Below, piece by piece: positions 16,220-24,284 of a stretch of DNA of 37,011 bases. A program made the translations under genes and the position numbers. Where the stretch lies: sequence record MH643777.1; one strand, given 5' to 3'. Numbering within the stretch: the stretch's first letter is position 1; each line of letters begins with the position of its first letter. The DNA comes from Pseudomonas phage YMC12/01/R960. The notes under the pieces were generated by a model, which was not told where the DNA came from, made no database searches, and was given only the letters and a program-made list of their open reading frames with translations.

Positions 16220-17505
16220 TGGCAACGCCAACCGAGGCCGATCTGCGGGCCATCTTCGCCATGCGGCCGGAGGCCGCTATCGAGTACCTGGAGCGCAAGG
16301 GATTCGCCATTACCTGGAACTGGCACGATGTTGACGCGGCCACCCATGCCCGAGCGCTGACGGTGGCCAAGGCGGCACGCCTGGACGTGCTCCAAGACAT
16401 CCGCGACGCCCTGGTCGATAACCTGGAACGTGGCGGAACGCTGCGCGACTTCCAGCGCAACCTGCGCCCGATCCTGGAGGCCAAGGGCTGGTGGGGACGC
16501 CAGATAGTGGTTGCGCCGGACGGCGGCGCCGAGGTCGCCCAGCTCGGCAGCCCGCGCCGGCTGGAAACGATCTACCAGACCAACATGCAGTCGGCCTACA
16601 TGGCCGGGCGCTATGCCGCCGCATACGAGGCCAGGGAAACTCACCCTTACTGGATGTATGTGGCCGTCATGGACAGCGTCACCCGGCCCAGCCATGCGGC
16701 GCTACATGGCAAGGTGTTCCGCTGGGACGACCCGATCTGGCAGCACATCATGCCGCCGAATGGCTACAACTGCCGGTGCCGAATCGTTCCGTTGACGGCG
16801 GCCGCTGTGCGTCGCCGTGGTCTGACGGTCGAATCCAGCGTCGGCAAGACCGGCCAAGTGACCGTCGAGACGGGCGTAGACAAGCGGACGGGGGAGATTC
16901 GGGAGCAGACCTTGACCACCCTGGAGACGACCGACCGGGCCGGTCGGAAGATCCAATTTCGCCCCGATGCCGGGTTCGACGGCAGCCCGATACAGAGCGC
17001 CCTGATGGACCAGGTGCTGTACAACAAGGCCGAGCGCACCCTGGGAGCGCCTGCCGCCCTCGGCGAGGTCCAGGACGTGCTCCTGGACCCGGTACGCCAG
17101 CGCGCCTGGCAGGCGTTTGTGGACCGCTCCACGTCGCCCCAGGGACAGACGATGTCGGTCGGCGTCCTCGATCCGACCGACATCACCTATGCGGCTGCCC
17201 AGGGTGCCCAGCTCCAGGCTGGCGTGGTATCGGCCAGCGACACCGTGATTCGTAACAGCTCGGTCGCTCGCGAGCAGCTGGCGAACCTGCCGCAGCGCCT
17301 GGCCCAGCCCGCTATGGTGCTGTGGGAGCGTGGCAGCGAGTCGCTGGTCTATGTCGTCCAGGATGGCGACTCTACCCTGGCGGTTCGGCTGCGCGGTGGC
17401 ATCTATGGGCCGGGCCAAATGGAGAACATCAGCCAGGTTACTGAGGTGACGATGGAAAGCATCGACGACGGGCTCGCCCTGGGCCGTTACAGGAGGGTTC
17501 GCTAA
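16219..17505 (+). CDS. Mu F-like head morphogenesis protein (gp30 family)
   Basis: 428 aa. TGATG overlap with the portal stop. Conserved position. Confidence 0.88.
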   Translation: MATPTEADLRAIFAMRPEAAIEYLERKGFAITWNWHDVDAATHARALTVAKAARLDVLQDIRDALVDNLERGGTLRDFQRNLRPILEAKGWWGRQIVVAPDGGAEVAQLGSPRRLETIYQTNMQSAYMAGRYAAAYEARETHPYWMYVAVMDSVTRPSHAALHGKVFRWDDPIWQHIMPPNGYNCRCRIVPLTAAAVRRRGLTVESSVGKTGQVTVETGVDKRTGEIREQTLTTLETTDRAGRKIQFRPDAGFDGSPIQSALMDQVLYNKAERTLGAPAALGEVQDVLLDPVRQRAWQAFVDRSTSPQGQTMSVGVLDPTDITYAAAQGAQLQAGVVSASDTVIRNSSVAREQLANLPQRLAQPAMVLWERGSESLVYVVQDGDSTLAVRLRGGIYGPGQMENISQVTEVTMESIDDGLALGRYRRVR

Positions 17506-17972
17506 TGGCCAATCGCATCGAGCTGGAACTGGTGGACCGCGAGGTCCAGGAGCGCCTGGCGGCGCTCTACGCGGCAGTAACCGACACCCTGCCGCTGATG
17601 CGCGGCATCGCTGCTGAGCTGCTGGCCGAGACGGAGTTTGCATTCATGGACGAGGGGCCGGGATGGCCCCAGTTGAGCCCCGTTACCGTTGCAGCGCGAG
17701 CGGCGAAGGGGCGCGGCGCGCATCCGATTCTCCAGGTCACCAACGCCCTGGCGCGCTCGATCACAACCCGCGCCGACCGTGACCAGGCGCAGATCGGCTC
17801 CAATCTGACCTACGCAGCTATCCAGCAGCTGGGCGGCCAGGCTGGACGAGGCCGTAAGGTGACAATCCCAGCGCGCCCGTATCTGCCGGTCCTCAGAAAC
17901 GGCCAGCTCAAGCCAAGCGCCCGCGATGCGGTCCTGGACGTCCTTCTAGCTGCTCTATCCCAGGGGCGTTAG
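17505..17972 (+). CDS. Mu G-like virion morphogenesis protein
   Basis: 155 aa. TAATG overlap with F. The anti-CRISPR locus follows, as in JBD/D3112 phages. Confidence 0.85.
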   Translation: MANRIELELVDREVQERLAALYAAVTDTLPLMRGIAAELLAETEFAFMDEGPGWPQLSPVTVAARAAKGRGAHPILQVTNALARSITTRADRDQAQIGSNLTYAAIQQLGGQAGRGRKVTIPARPYLPVLRNGQLKPSARDAVLDVLLAALSQGR

Positions 17973-17990
17973 GGGAAATGAATTCGGACA

Positions 17991-18084
17991 AGCGGCACAT
18001 TGTGCCTATTGCGGATTAGGCACAATGTGCCTAATCTAGCGTCATGCCAGCCACAACGGCGAGGCGAACCCAAGGAGAGACACC
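17991..18084 (+). promoter_or_regulatory. anti-CRISPR promoter with two 13-bp palindromic operators (putative Aca1 sites) and RBS
   Basis: IR1 GGCACATTGTGCC at 17994-18006. IR2 GGCACAATGTGCC at 18019-18031. Candidate -35 TTGCGG 18009-18014 and -10 TAATCT 18032-18037 with a 17-bp spacer. RBS GGAGAG 18073-18078. Confidence 0.65.
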
Positions 18085-18378
18085 ATGACTAAGACCGCAC
18101 AAATGATCGCTCAGCAGCACAAAGATACTGTCGCAGCGTGCGAAGCCGCCGAAGCCATCGCTATCGCAAAAGATCAGGTCTGGGATGGCGAGGGCTATAC
18201 CAAGTACACGTTCGACGACAACAGCGTTCTGATCCAGTCGGGCACTACTCAGTACGCGATGGATGCCGACGACGCAGACAGCATCAAAGGCTATGCGGAC
18301 TGGCTGGACGACGAAGCTCGCACCGCAGAAGATTCAGAAATCAAGCGCCTGCTCGAAGCGGTCGAAGATGAAGCCTGA
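18085..18378 (+). CDS. acrIF2: anti-CRISPR protein, AcrIF2-like acidic DNA mimic (type I-F inhibitor)
   Basis: 97 aa (91 aa from the internal Met). MIAQQHKDTVAACEAAEAIAIAKDQVWDGEGYTKYTFDDNSVLIQSGTTQYAMDADDADSIKGYADWLDDEAR... matches recalled AcrIF2 (D3112 gp30) nearly residue for residue. Very acidic (D/E-rich). Sits between Mu G-like and I-like genes, upstream of aca1. Confidence 0.75.
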   Translation: MTKTAQMIAQQHKDTVAACEAAEAIAIAKDQVWDGEGYTKYTFDDNSVLIQSGTTQYAMDADDADSIKGYADWLDDEARTAEDSEIKRLLEAVEDEA

Positions 18379-18589
18379 CGCCTCCAACCACAATCCAGAC
18401 CCGCGCTACCTGCGCGGGCTGCTCAAGAAAGCCGGCATCAGCCAGCGGCGCGCAGCCGAGCTGCTCGGCCTCAGTGACAGGGTTATGCGCTATTACCTGA
18501 GCGAGGACGTCAAGGAGGGCTACCGTCCCGCGCCGTATACCGTCCAGTTCGCCCTGGAGTGCCTGGCGAGCGACCCGCCATCTGCGTGA
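18368..18589 (+). CDS. aca1: Aca1 anti-CRISPR-associated HTH repressor
   Basis: 73 aa. MKPDASNHNPDPRYLRGLLKKAGISQRRAAELLGLSDRVMRYYLSEDVKEGYRPAPYTVQFALECLASDPPSA matches the recalled Aca1 of JBD30-type phages. Start overlaps the acr stop (ATGAAGCCTGA). Confidence 0.85.
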   Translation: MKPDASNHNPDPRYLRGLLKKAGISQRRAAELLGLSDRVMRYYLSEDVKEGYRPAPYTVQFALECLASDPPSA

Positions 18590-18808
18590 TCACCTGATCC
18601 GCCCGCAAACGCGCTACACGTGCCGAAACGGGGTTAGCCGCTACCTCGCATCAGAGTCGGTGCGTTAACCCCGTTAGAACCCCGTTAGAAATCGTTCCAT
18701 CGCCATCCGCGTGCCAGGGCTTGGCCAGAAGATGGTGCCGGACGGTTTCCGCAGTCGTTGAACCCCTTCCCGTAACCGCCGCGCTCGACCGTCGCCACCA
18801 TTGGCGGC

Positions 18809-19915
18809 ATGAAGAAGAACCGCCTACACGTCGCCATCGCCGCCTGCTCGTTCCAGCTCCCCAAGCTGGAGGACGGCAGCGCCTGGATTCAAGTTACGCC
18901 TGCCGGTGAGTTCTGGCCCATGGATGGGCGCCCTATGGATGTGCCGGGCTGGCGGATCGATGCCGACAGTGCCGCCGCAGTGATCGAGCGCGCACGGTCG
19001 CGCAAGACTCCGCCCGTCCTGGACTACGAGCACCAGACCCTAAAGAAAGAGCAGAACGGCCAGCCCGCGCCCGCTGCCGGCCGTTTCCTGGACTTCGAAT
19101 GGCGCGAAGGCTCCGGCCTGTGGGGGCGTGTCGAATACACCGCCCGCGCCGCGAAGCTGATCGAGGACGGCGAGTACCTCTACTTCAGCCCCGTCTTCAG
19201 CTACGCCCCGGACGGCACGGTCCTCTCCATCCTCATGGGCGCAATGACAAATGACCCCGCCATCGACGGTCTGGAGCCCCTCGCACGCCGAGCGGCCGCG
19301 ACCTTTGGCCTCTACCACCCCGACGAGGAAACCCCTGTGGATGAACTCCTGAAAGCCATCATCGCGGCCCTGTCGCTGAAAGAAGGCACGACCGAGGCAG
19401 AGGCCATTGCGGCCCTGACCGCCCTGAAGCCGGCCCTAGACGCCCAAGCGACCAACCTGGCCAAGCTGCGCGAAACCCTCGGCCTGGCCCAGGACGCGGA
19501 CGTCGAGCAGATCGCCGCCGCCACCGCCCAGCTGAAGGTCGCCGCCCCCGGTAACCCCGACCCGGCGAAGTGGGCGCCCGTTGAAGCTGTCACCCAGCTC
19601 CAGGGCCAGGTCGCGGCGCTGACCTCTCGCCTCAACGGCGGCGAGCTGGACGGCCTGATCAACAGCGCTATCCAGGAGGGCCGACTCATTCCGTCCATGG
19701 AGCCCTGGGCGCGTGAATACGGCGCCAAGGACTTGGCCGGCTTGAAGAGCTACCTGGGCCAGGCCAAGCCCATCGCCGCCCTGACCCAACAGCAGAGCGC
19801 CGGGCGTACCTCGGTGCCTACCTCGGTTGACCAGCTGGACGAGGCCGCCCTCGCGGTTTGCTCGGCTATGCAGATCAAGCCGGAGGATTACCTCAAGACC
19901 CTGAAAGGCCAGTAA
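18809..19915 (+). CDS. head protease / scaffold (Mu I/Z-like)
   Basis: 368 aa. N-terminal domain is Mu I-family-like. C-terminal Ala/Leu/Gln-rich region is scaffold-like with predicted coiled coil. First gene after the acr locus. Confidence 0.82.
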   Translation: MKKNRLHVAIAACSFQLPKLEDGSAWIQVTPAGEFWPMDGRPMDVPGWRIDADSAAAVIERARSRKTPPVLDYEHQTLKKEQNGQPAPAAGRFLDFEWREGSGLWGRVEYTARAAKLIEDGEYLYFSPVFSYAPDGTVLSILMGAMTNDPAIDGLEPLARRAAATFGLYHPDEETPVDELLKAIIAALSLKEGTTEAEAIAALTALKPALDAQATNLAKLRETLGLAQDADVEQIAAATAQLKVAAPGNPDPAKWAPVEAVTQLQGQVAALTSRLNGGELDGLINSAIQEGRLIPSMEPWAREYGAKDLAGLKSYLGQAKPIAALTQQQSAGRTSVPTSVDQLDEAALAVCSAMQIKPEDYLKTLKGQ

Positions 19916-19924
19916 GGAGGCGCT

Positions 19925-20323
19925 ATGACCGCCCTGACCACCGACCGCAACACCCCGCTCCAGGACGCCGAAGTCATTGGCGTGCCGGTAGCGGCTAACG
20001 TCCAGGTCTTCGCCGGCGCCATCGTCGTGGCGAACGCTACCGGGTTCGCCGTAGGCGGCAGCACCGCCACCGGCCTGACCTACCTGGGTCGCGCTGAGGA
20101 ATACGTGGACAACCGCAATGGCGCGGACGGCGCCAAGGTCGTCCGTGTGCGCCGCCTGAACGCCTTCAAGTGGGCGAACGACGGCAGCGTCACCCAGGCG
20201 CACCTGATGAAACCCGCCTACATCGTGGACGACCAGACCGTCGCCGCCACGGACGGCACCGAAACCCGCTCCCCGGCCGGCCGCATCATCGGCGTCGAAC
20301 CGGACGGCGTGTGGGTGGAATAA
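19925..20323 (+). CDS. hypothetical head-associated protein, 132 aa
   Basis: Perfect RBS TAAGGAGG precedes ATG 19925. Between scaffold and major capsid. Confidence 0.6.
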   Translation: MTALTTDRNTPLQDAEVIGVPVAANVQVFAGAIVVANATGFAVGGSTATGLTYLGRAEEYVDNRNGADGAKVVRVRRLNAFKWANDGSVTQAHLMKPAYIVDDQTVAATDGTETRSPAGRIIGVEPDGVWVE

Positions 20324-20350
20324 CAGGCTCACCAACGGAGAACCGGACAC

Positions 20351-21259
20351 ATGCTGATCAACAAGCAGAGTCTCAACGCGGCATTCGTCGCGATCAAAAC
20401 CATCTTCAACAACGCCTTCGCGGCGGCCCCCACCACCTGGCAGAAGATCGCCATGGAAGTGCCGAGCAACACCAGCAGCAACGATTACAAGTGGTTGAGC
20501 ACCTTTCCGAAGATGCGCCGCTGGATCGGCGCGAAGGTGATCAAGAACCTGAAAGCCTACAAGTACGTTGTCGAGAACGAGGACTTCGAGGCCACCGTCG
20601 AGGTGGACCGCAACGACATCGAGGACGACCAAATCGGCATCTACTCGCCCCAGGCGAAGATGGCCGGTTACTCGGCGGCTCAGCTCCCGGACGAGCTGGT
20701 CTATGAAGCGGTCAACGGCGCCTTCACCAAGCCCTGTTTCGACGGCCAGTATTTCATCGACACGGATCACCCTGTCGGTGATGCCTCGGTGAGCAACAAG
20801 GGCACCGCTCCGCTTTCCAACGCCAGCCAGGCGGCGGCGAAGGCAGGTTATGGCGCTGCTCGCACTGCGATGAAGAAGTTCAAAGACGAGGAAGGACGTT
20901 CCCTCAACGTCTCCCCCAACGTGCTCCTGGTCGGCCCGGCGCTGGAAGACGTGGCGAAGATGCTGCTCACCAACCCGAAGCTCGCGGACAACACCCCGAA
21001 CCCCTACGTCGGCACTGCTGAGCTGGTAGTGGACGGGCGTATCGAGTCCGACACCGCCTGGTTCCTGCTGGACACCACCAAGCCGGTAAAACCGTTCATC
21101 TTCCAGCCCAGGAAGCAGCCGGAATTCGTTTCCCAGGTCAACCTGGATTCGGATGACGTCTTCAACCTGCGCAAGCTGAAGTTCGGCGCCGAAGCCCGCG
21201 CTGCTGCCGGTTACGGCTTCTGGCAGCTGGCCTATGGCTCCACCGGCACTGGCGCATAA
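20351..21259 (+). CDS. major capsid protein (Mu T-like major head subunit)
   Basis: 302 aa. MLINKQSLNAAFVAIKTIFNNAF...KWLSTFPKMRRWIG matches the Mu gpT family. Confidence 0.88.
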   Translation: MLINKQSLNAAFVAIKTIFNNAFAAAPTTWQKIAMEVPSNTSSNDYKWLSTFPKMRRWIGAKVIKNLKAYKYVVENEDFEATVEVDRNDIEDDQIGIYSPQAKMAGYSAAQLPDELVYEAVNGAFTKPCFDGQYFIDTDHPVGDASVSNKGTAPLSNASQAAAKAGYGAARTAMKKFKDEEGRSLNVSPNVLLVGPALEDVAKMLLTNPKLADNTPNPYVGTAELVVDGRIESDTAWFLLDTTKPVKPFIFQPRKQPEFVSQVNLDSDDVFNLRKLKFGAEARAAAGYGFWQLAYGSTGTGA

Positions 21260-21270
21260 GGGGGCAGCTC

Positions 21271-21573
21271 ATGGCACGCAAAGCCGCAACTACCGCCAAG
21301 CCGACCGCCAGGCTGGCCCGCCAGGCGGCGGGCGATGAAGCCCAGCAGAGCGTCGAGGGCATCTTCGTGCGCAGCTATCCGCCGACCTTCCGGCGTGCTG
21401 GCTTCGCGTTCACCAGCGAAGGAATCGGAATCGCCCTGTCCGCCCTGACCGAGGCGCAGCTCAAGGCCCTCAAGGAAGAGCCCCAGCTGCGCGTCGAGTC
21501 CTGCGAGTTCCTGCCGGACGACGTCGGCGGCGAGGGTGAGCCGCCCGCGTCGGACAACGACACCCAGGAATAA
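21271..21573 (+). CDS. hypothetical structural-region protein, 100 aa
   Basis: ATG 21271. Acidic C-terminus. Confidence 0.55.
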   Translation: MARKAATTAKPTARLARQAAGDEAQQSVEGIFVRSYPPTFRRAGFAFTSEGIGIALSALTEAQLKALKEEPQLRVESCEFLPDDVGGEGEPPASDNDTQE

Positions 21574-21635
21574 CCCACCCCAGCAGAGGGACCGCCCCTG
21601 GCCACGGATGGCCACCTATTCATCAGGAGTTCGAC

Positions 21636-21812
21636 ATGAGCGACCACACCCTGGCCATCAGTCAACTGACCATCGCCGCGCAGAACGCCGAGCACAATGC
21701 TCCGATCATCGAAGCCCAGGGCGACCTCGCCCAGGCCGAGCTGGATCGCCGGGTCGCTGCCGAGTGCCATAGCGCCATCGACGTCCTGGAGCACCAGGAG
21801 CAGCAACAGTGA
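21636..21812 (+). CDS. small hypothetical protein, 58 aa
   Basis: Not in the track because it is under 60 aa. RBS CAGGAG 21624-21629, ATG 21636. Stop overlaps the next gene start (GTGA). Confidence 0.4.
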   Translation: MSDHTLAISQLTIAAQNAEHNAPIIEAQGDLAQAELDRRVAAECHSAIDVLEHQEQQQ

Positions 21813-22225
21813 GCTATTGCACCCAGGCCGACCTGGTCGAGCAGTACGGCGAGGCGTCCATCCGCCAGCTGAGCGACCGCGTCAATAAACCCGCCACGAC
21901 CATCGATCCGGCGGTCGTGGCCCAGGCTATCGCCGATGCGGACGCGGAGATCGATCTCCACCTGCACGCCCGCTACCAGCTGCCGCTGGCCCAGGTGCCT
22001 GTGGTGCTGAAGCGCGTAGCGTGCGTGCTGGCATTTGCCAACCTGCACACCCAGGTCAAGGACGACCACCCCGCGATCCTGGATGCCGAGCGCAAGCGGA
22101 AGCTGCTGGGCGGCATTTCCTCCGGGAAGCTCAGCCTGGCCTTGACCAGCTCCGGCACCCCGGCGCCCATTGCCAATACCGTTCAAATCAGTTCGCAACG
22201 CAACGATTTCGGGGGCACCTGGTGA
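21809..22225 (+). CDS. head-tail connector-like protein (Mu gp36-like, DUF1320)
   Basis: MSYCTQADLVEQYGEASIRQLSD N-terminus is typical of the DUF1320 family. GTG start. Confidence 0.68.
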   Translation: MSYCTQADLVEQYGEASIRQLSDRVNKPATTIDPAVVAQAIADADAEIDLHLHARYQLPLAQVPVVLKRVACVLAFANLHTQVKDDHPAILDAERKRKLLGGISSGKLSLALTSSGTPAPIANTVQISSQRNDFGGTW

Positions 22226-22701
22226 GCACTGCCGAGCCGTTCGATTACCTGTTCCTGGAGACGCTCCTGGTCGAGCGCATCCGCGCCGAGGTGCCCGGCC
22301 TTCAGGACGTTTCGGGCATCCCCGATCTGGCCACCCTCGACGAACAGCGCCAGGGCTCGCCTTGCGTCTATGTCGTCTACCTGGGCGACGAGATCGGCAC
22401 CGGGGCGTCGCACCAGGGCGGCAGTCGGGCGATTCAGACGGTCACCCAGCACTGGGCAGCCGTGCTGACGTTGTACTACGCCGACGCCCAGGGCGACGGC
22501 CAGGGCGCCCGGCGCGAAGCCGGCCCGCTGCTCGGCCAGCTGCTCAAGGCACTGACCGGCTGGGTTCCTGATCAGGGCGTCAGCCCGCTGGCCCGCAGCC
22601 CGCAGGCTTCGCCAGTCAGCTACAGCAACGGGTTCTTCTATTTCCCGCTGGTGTTCACCGCCAACTTTGTCTTCCCGAGGCTCAAGTCATGGAAACCGTA
22701 A
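22222..22701 (+). CDS. tail-completion-like protein (Mu gp37-like), start uncertain
   Basis: GTG 22222 overlaps the upstream TGA. Start is in frame with track ORF 22021..22701. Confidence 0.5.
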   Translation: MSTAEPFDYLFLETLLVERIRAEVPGLQDVSGIPDLATLDEQRQGSPCVYVVYLGDEIGTGASHQGGSRAIQTVTQHWAAVLTLYYADAQGDGQGARREAGPLLGQLLKALTGWVPDQGVSPLARSPQASPVSYSNGFFYFPLVFTANFVFPRLKSWKP

Positions 22702-22868
22702 AAGTCACCATCACCGCCGAGAAACCCAATCACACCCATGCCGGCAAGCCGGTGGCGCAGGGCGACGAGATCGAAGTCAGTCGCGCCGATGCCGAGTTTC
22801 TGCTGCGCCGTCAATTGATCACCAAGATTCCCGCCGAGCCCAAGGCCGACGAGAAACGCGACAAGTAA
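22689..22868 (+). CDS. small conserved hypothetical protein, 59 aa
   Basis: ATG 22689 (METVKVTITAEKPNHTHAGKPVAQGDEIEVSRADAEFLLRRQLITKI...). Below the track cutoff. Confidence 0.45.
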   Translation: METVKVTITAEKPNHTHAGKPVAQGDEIEVSRADAEFLLRRQLITKIPAEPKADEKRDK

Positions 22869-22900
22869 CGCGCAACATCTGATTCCTACGGAGGCCTCAC

Positions 22901-23671
22901 ATGGCACAGGAAACGTATTTCTACGGGCAAGGTGAGATTGACGCCGCGCCTATCGTCAACGGCGTTCTCGGCAAATGGCGCTGGATTCAAGATGTCTCGG
23001 CCATGAGCATCCAGCTCGCAGTCGAGAAGGTCGAGCACAAGGAAAGCTACAGTGGCCAGAAAGCCCTGGTACGCAGCTTCCCTATCGGCAAGACCGCCAC
23101 CGTCAACATCACCCTGCACAGCATCGGCCCGGACAACCTGGCGCTTACCCTCTATGGCAAGGTCGTGGCCAAGGCGGCGGGCTCCGTGACGGGCGAGGTA
23201 CTCCCCGCCGACCTGGTGGCTGGCGATGTGATCCGCTTGGCCAATTTCGGCGTCAGCGAACTGGTCATCACCGACAGCGCGAGCAGCCCGGCGCCCCTCG
23301 ACCCGCAGTATTACGCCCTGCGAGCCGATGGCGCCTACGGCGAGGTCCAACTGCTGGGTCTGCCGACGCCGGCCCCGACCCAGCCGTTCAAAGCGGCCTA
23401 TGAGTACGCCGCCACCAAGCAGGTGGGCATGTTCACCGCGCCGCAGCCGACCGTTGCCCTGCGCTATAAGGGCATCAACTTGGCCGAAGGCGGCGCGCCG
23501 GTCATCGTCGAGCTGTACAAGGTCGCGACCGACCCGCTCCAGGAGCTGGCATTGATCAGCGACGGCAACACCGTCGCCGGCATGCAGATCAGCGGCGGAA
23601 TCCTGCTGGACACCAGCAAGCCGGATACCGGCGACCTTGGCCGCTTCGGCCGCATTATTCAGCTGGGGTGA
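22901..23671 (+). CDS. major tail protein (siphovirus tail tube)
   Basis: 256 aa. RBS ACGGAGG. Precedes the chaperone and tape measure. Confidence 0.7.
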   Translation: MAQETYFYGQGEIDAAPIVNGVLGKWRWIQDVSAMSIQLAVEKVEHKESYSGQKALVRSFPIGKTATVNITLHSIGPDNLALTLYGKVVAKAAGSVTGEVLPADLVAGDVIRLANFGVSELVITDSASSPAPLDPQYYALRADGAYGEVQLLGLPTPAPTQPFKAAYEYAATKQVGMFTAPQPTVALRYKGINLAEGGAPVIVELYKVATDPLQELALISDGNTVAGMQISGGILLDTSKPDTGDLGRFGRIIQLG

Positions 23672-23674
23672 GTC

Positions 23675-24160
23675 ATGAAGAAGCCGAACGACACCCCCGT
23701 CGATGACAGCCTGGAAGTTCTGTTCCCCGACCGCCGTTTGACGGTCGGGGGCGAGGACCTGGTTGTCCGCGAGCTGACCTTCGAAGAGCAGCTCACCCAC
23801 CACGCGGCCCTCAAGGCCATTGCCGAGGCGTTTCTCCAGGTGCCGCGTGAACACCTCGAAGGAGTCGAGGGCGCGACCATTGCGCTGGACGTGCTGACGG
23901 AGCACTGGAAGCTCGTTCTACCGTTGATTGCCGTGAGCTGTGGCAAGGCGGATGGCTGGGTCCGGTCGCTCCGTCCAAGCGACGGTGAGTCCCTGATGCT
24001 GGTCTGGTGGGCAGCCAACCAGGGTTTTTTCGCCCGCCGCCTGTGGCGCCCGATAGTAGTGGCTCAAGCCCGCCAACAACGTGGGGTCGAGTCTTCGCCT
24101 GCCTCGTCGCAGCAGGACACCAGCGCGACCAGCTCGGCCGCTACACCGAGCGACAGCTAA
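23675..24160 (+). CDS. tail assembly chaperone (G-like); also 5' part of the -1 frameshift GT-like product ending at 24288
   Basis: 161 aa. Overlapping -1 frame ORF 24007..24288. Slippery run G GGT TTT TTC at 24022-24031. Confidence 0.75.
   Translation: MKKPNDTPVDDSLEVLFPDRRLTVGGEDLVVRELTFEEQLTHHAALKAIAEAFLQVPREHLEGVEGATIALDVLTEHWKLVLPLIAVSCGKADGWVRSLRPSDGESLMLVWWAANQGFFARRLWRPIVVAQARQQRGVESSPASSQQDTSATSSAATPSDS
24022..24031 (+). other. programmed -1 ribosomal frameshift slippery site (GGGTTTTTTC)
   Basis: Heptamers G_GGT_TTT and T_TTT_TTC lie in the zero frame of the chaperone. The -1 frame stays open to 24288, just before the tape measure start. Confidence 0.65.
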
Positions 24161-24284
24161 TGCTGTTCTTCCGCGAAGCCGAGGCAGAAAAGGGCCGCCA
24201 GCAAGCCCGCGAGCTGATGGCGGTCAACCATGGCTTCGCCGGGGGCTCTGTAGCGATTGCCGCCTATGATCAGCTCATGAGTAA

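Noticed and set aside
16310-17255. Several Arg/Pro/Gly-rich alternative-frame ORFs inside the Mu F-like gene (e.g. 16491..17255)
   Set aside because: They are out-of-frame overlaps of a well-supported long gene with compositionally biased translations, typical of high-GC frame artefacts.
18669-18690. Possible CRISPR-like repeat (CCCCGTTAGAA x2)
   Set aside because: Only two 11-bp copies, directly adjacent with no spacers. It is not a CRISPR array and is treated as a regulatory repeat.
19436-20770. 444-aa ORF on the minus strand overlapping the capsid genes
   Set aside because: It is antisense to clearly recognisable Mu I-like, hypothetical head and Mu T-like genes. Long open antisense frames are expected in high-GC DNA. 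It has no RBS context or motifs.
22886-23905. 339-aa minus-strand ORF across the major tail and chaperone genes
   Set aside because: It is antisense to well-supported + strand structural genes. The product is Gly/Arg/Ala-rich with low complexity, typical of spurious high-GC ORFs.
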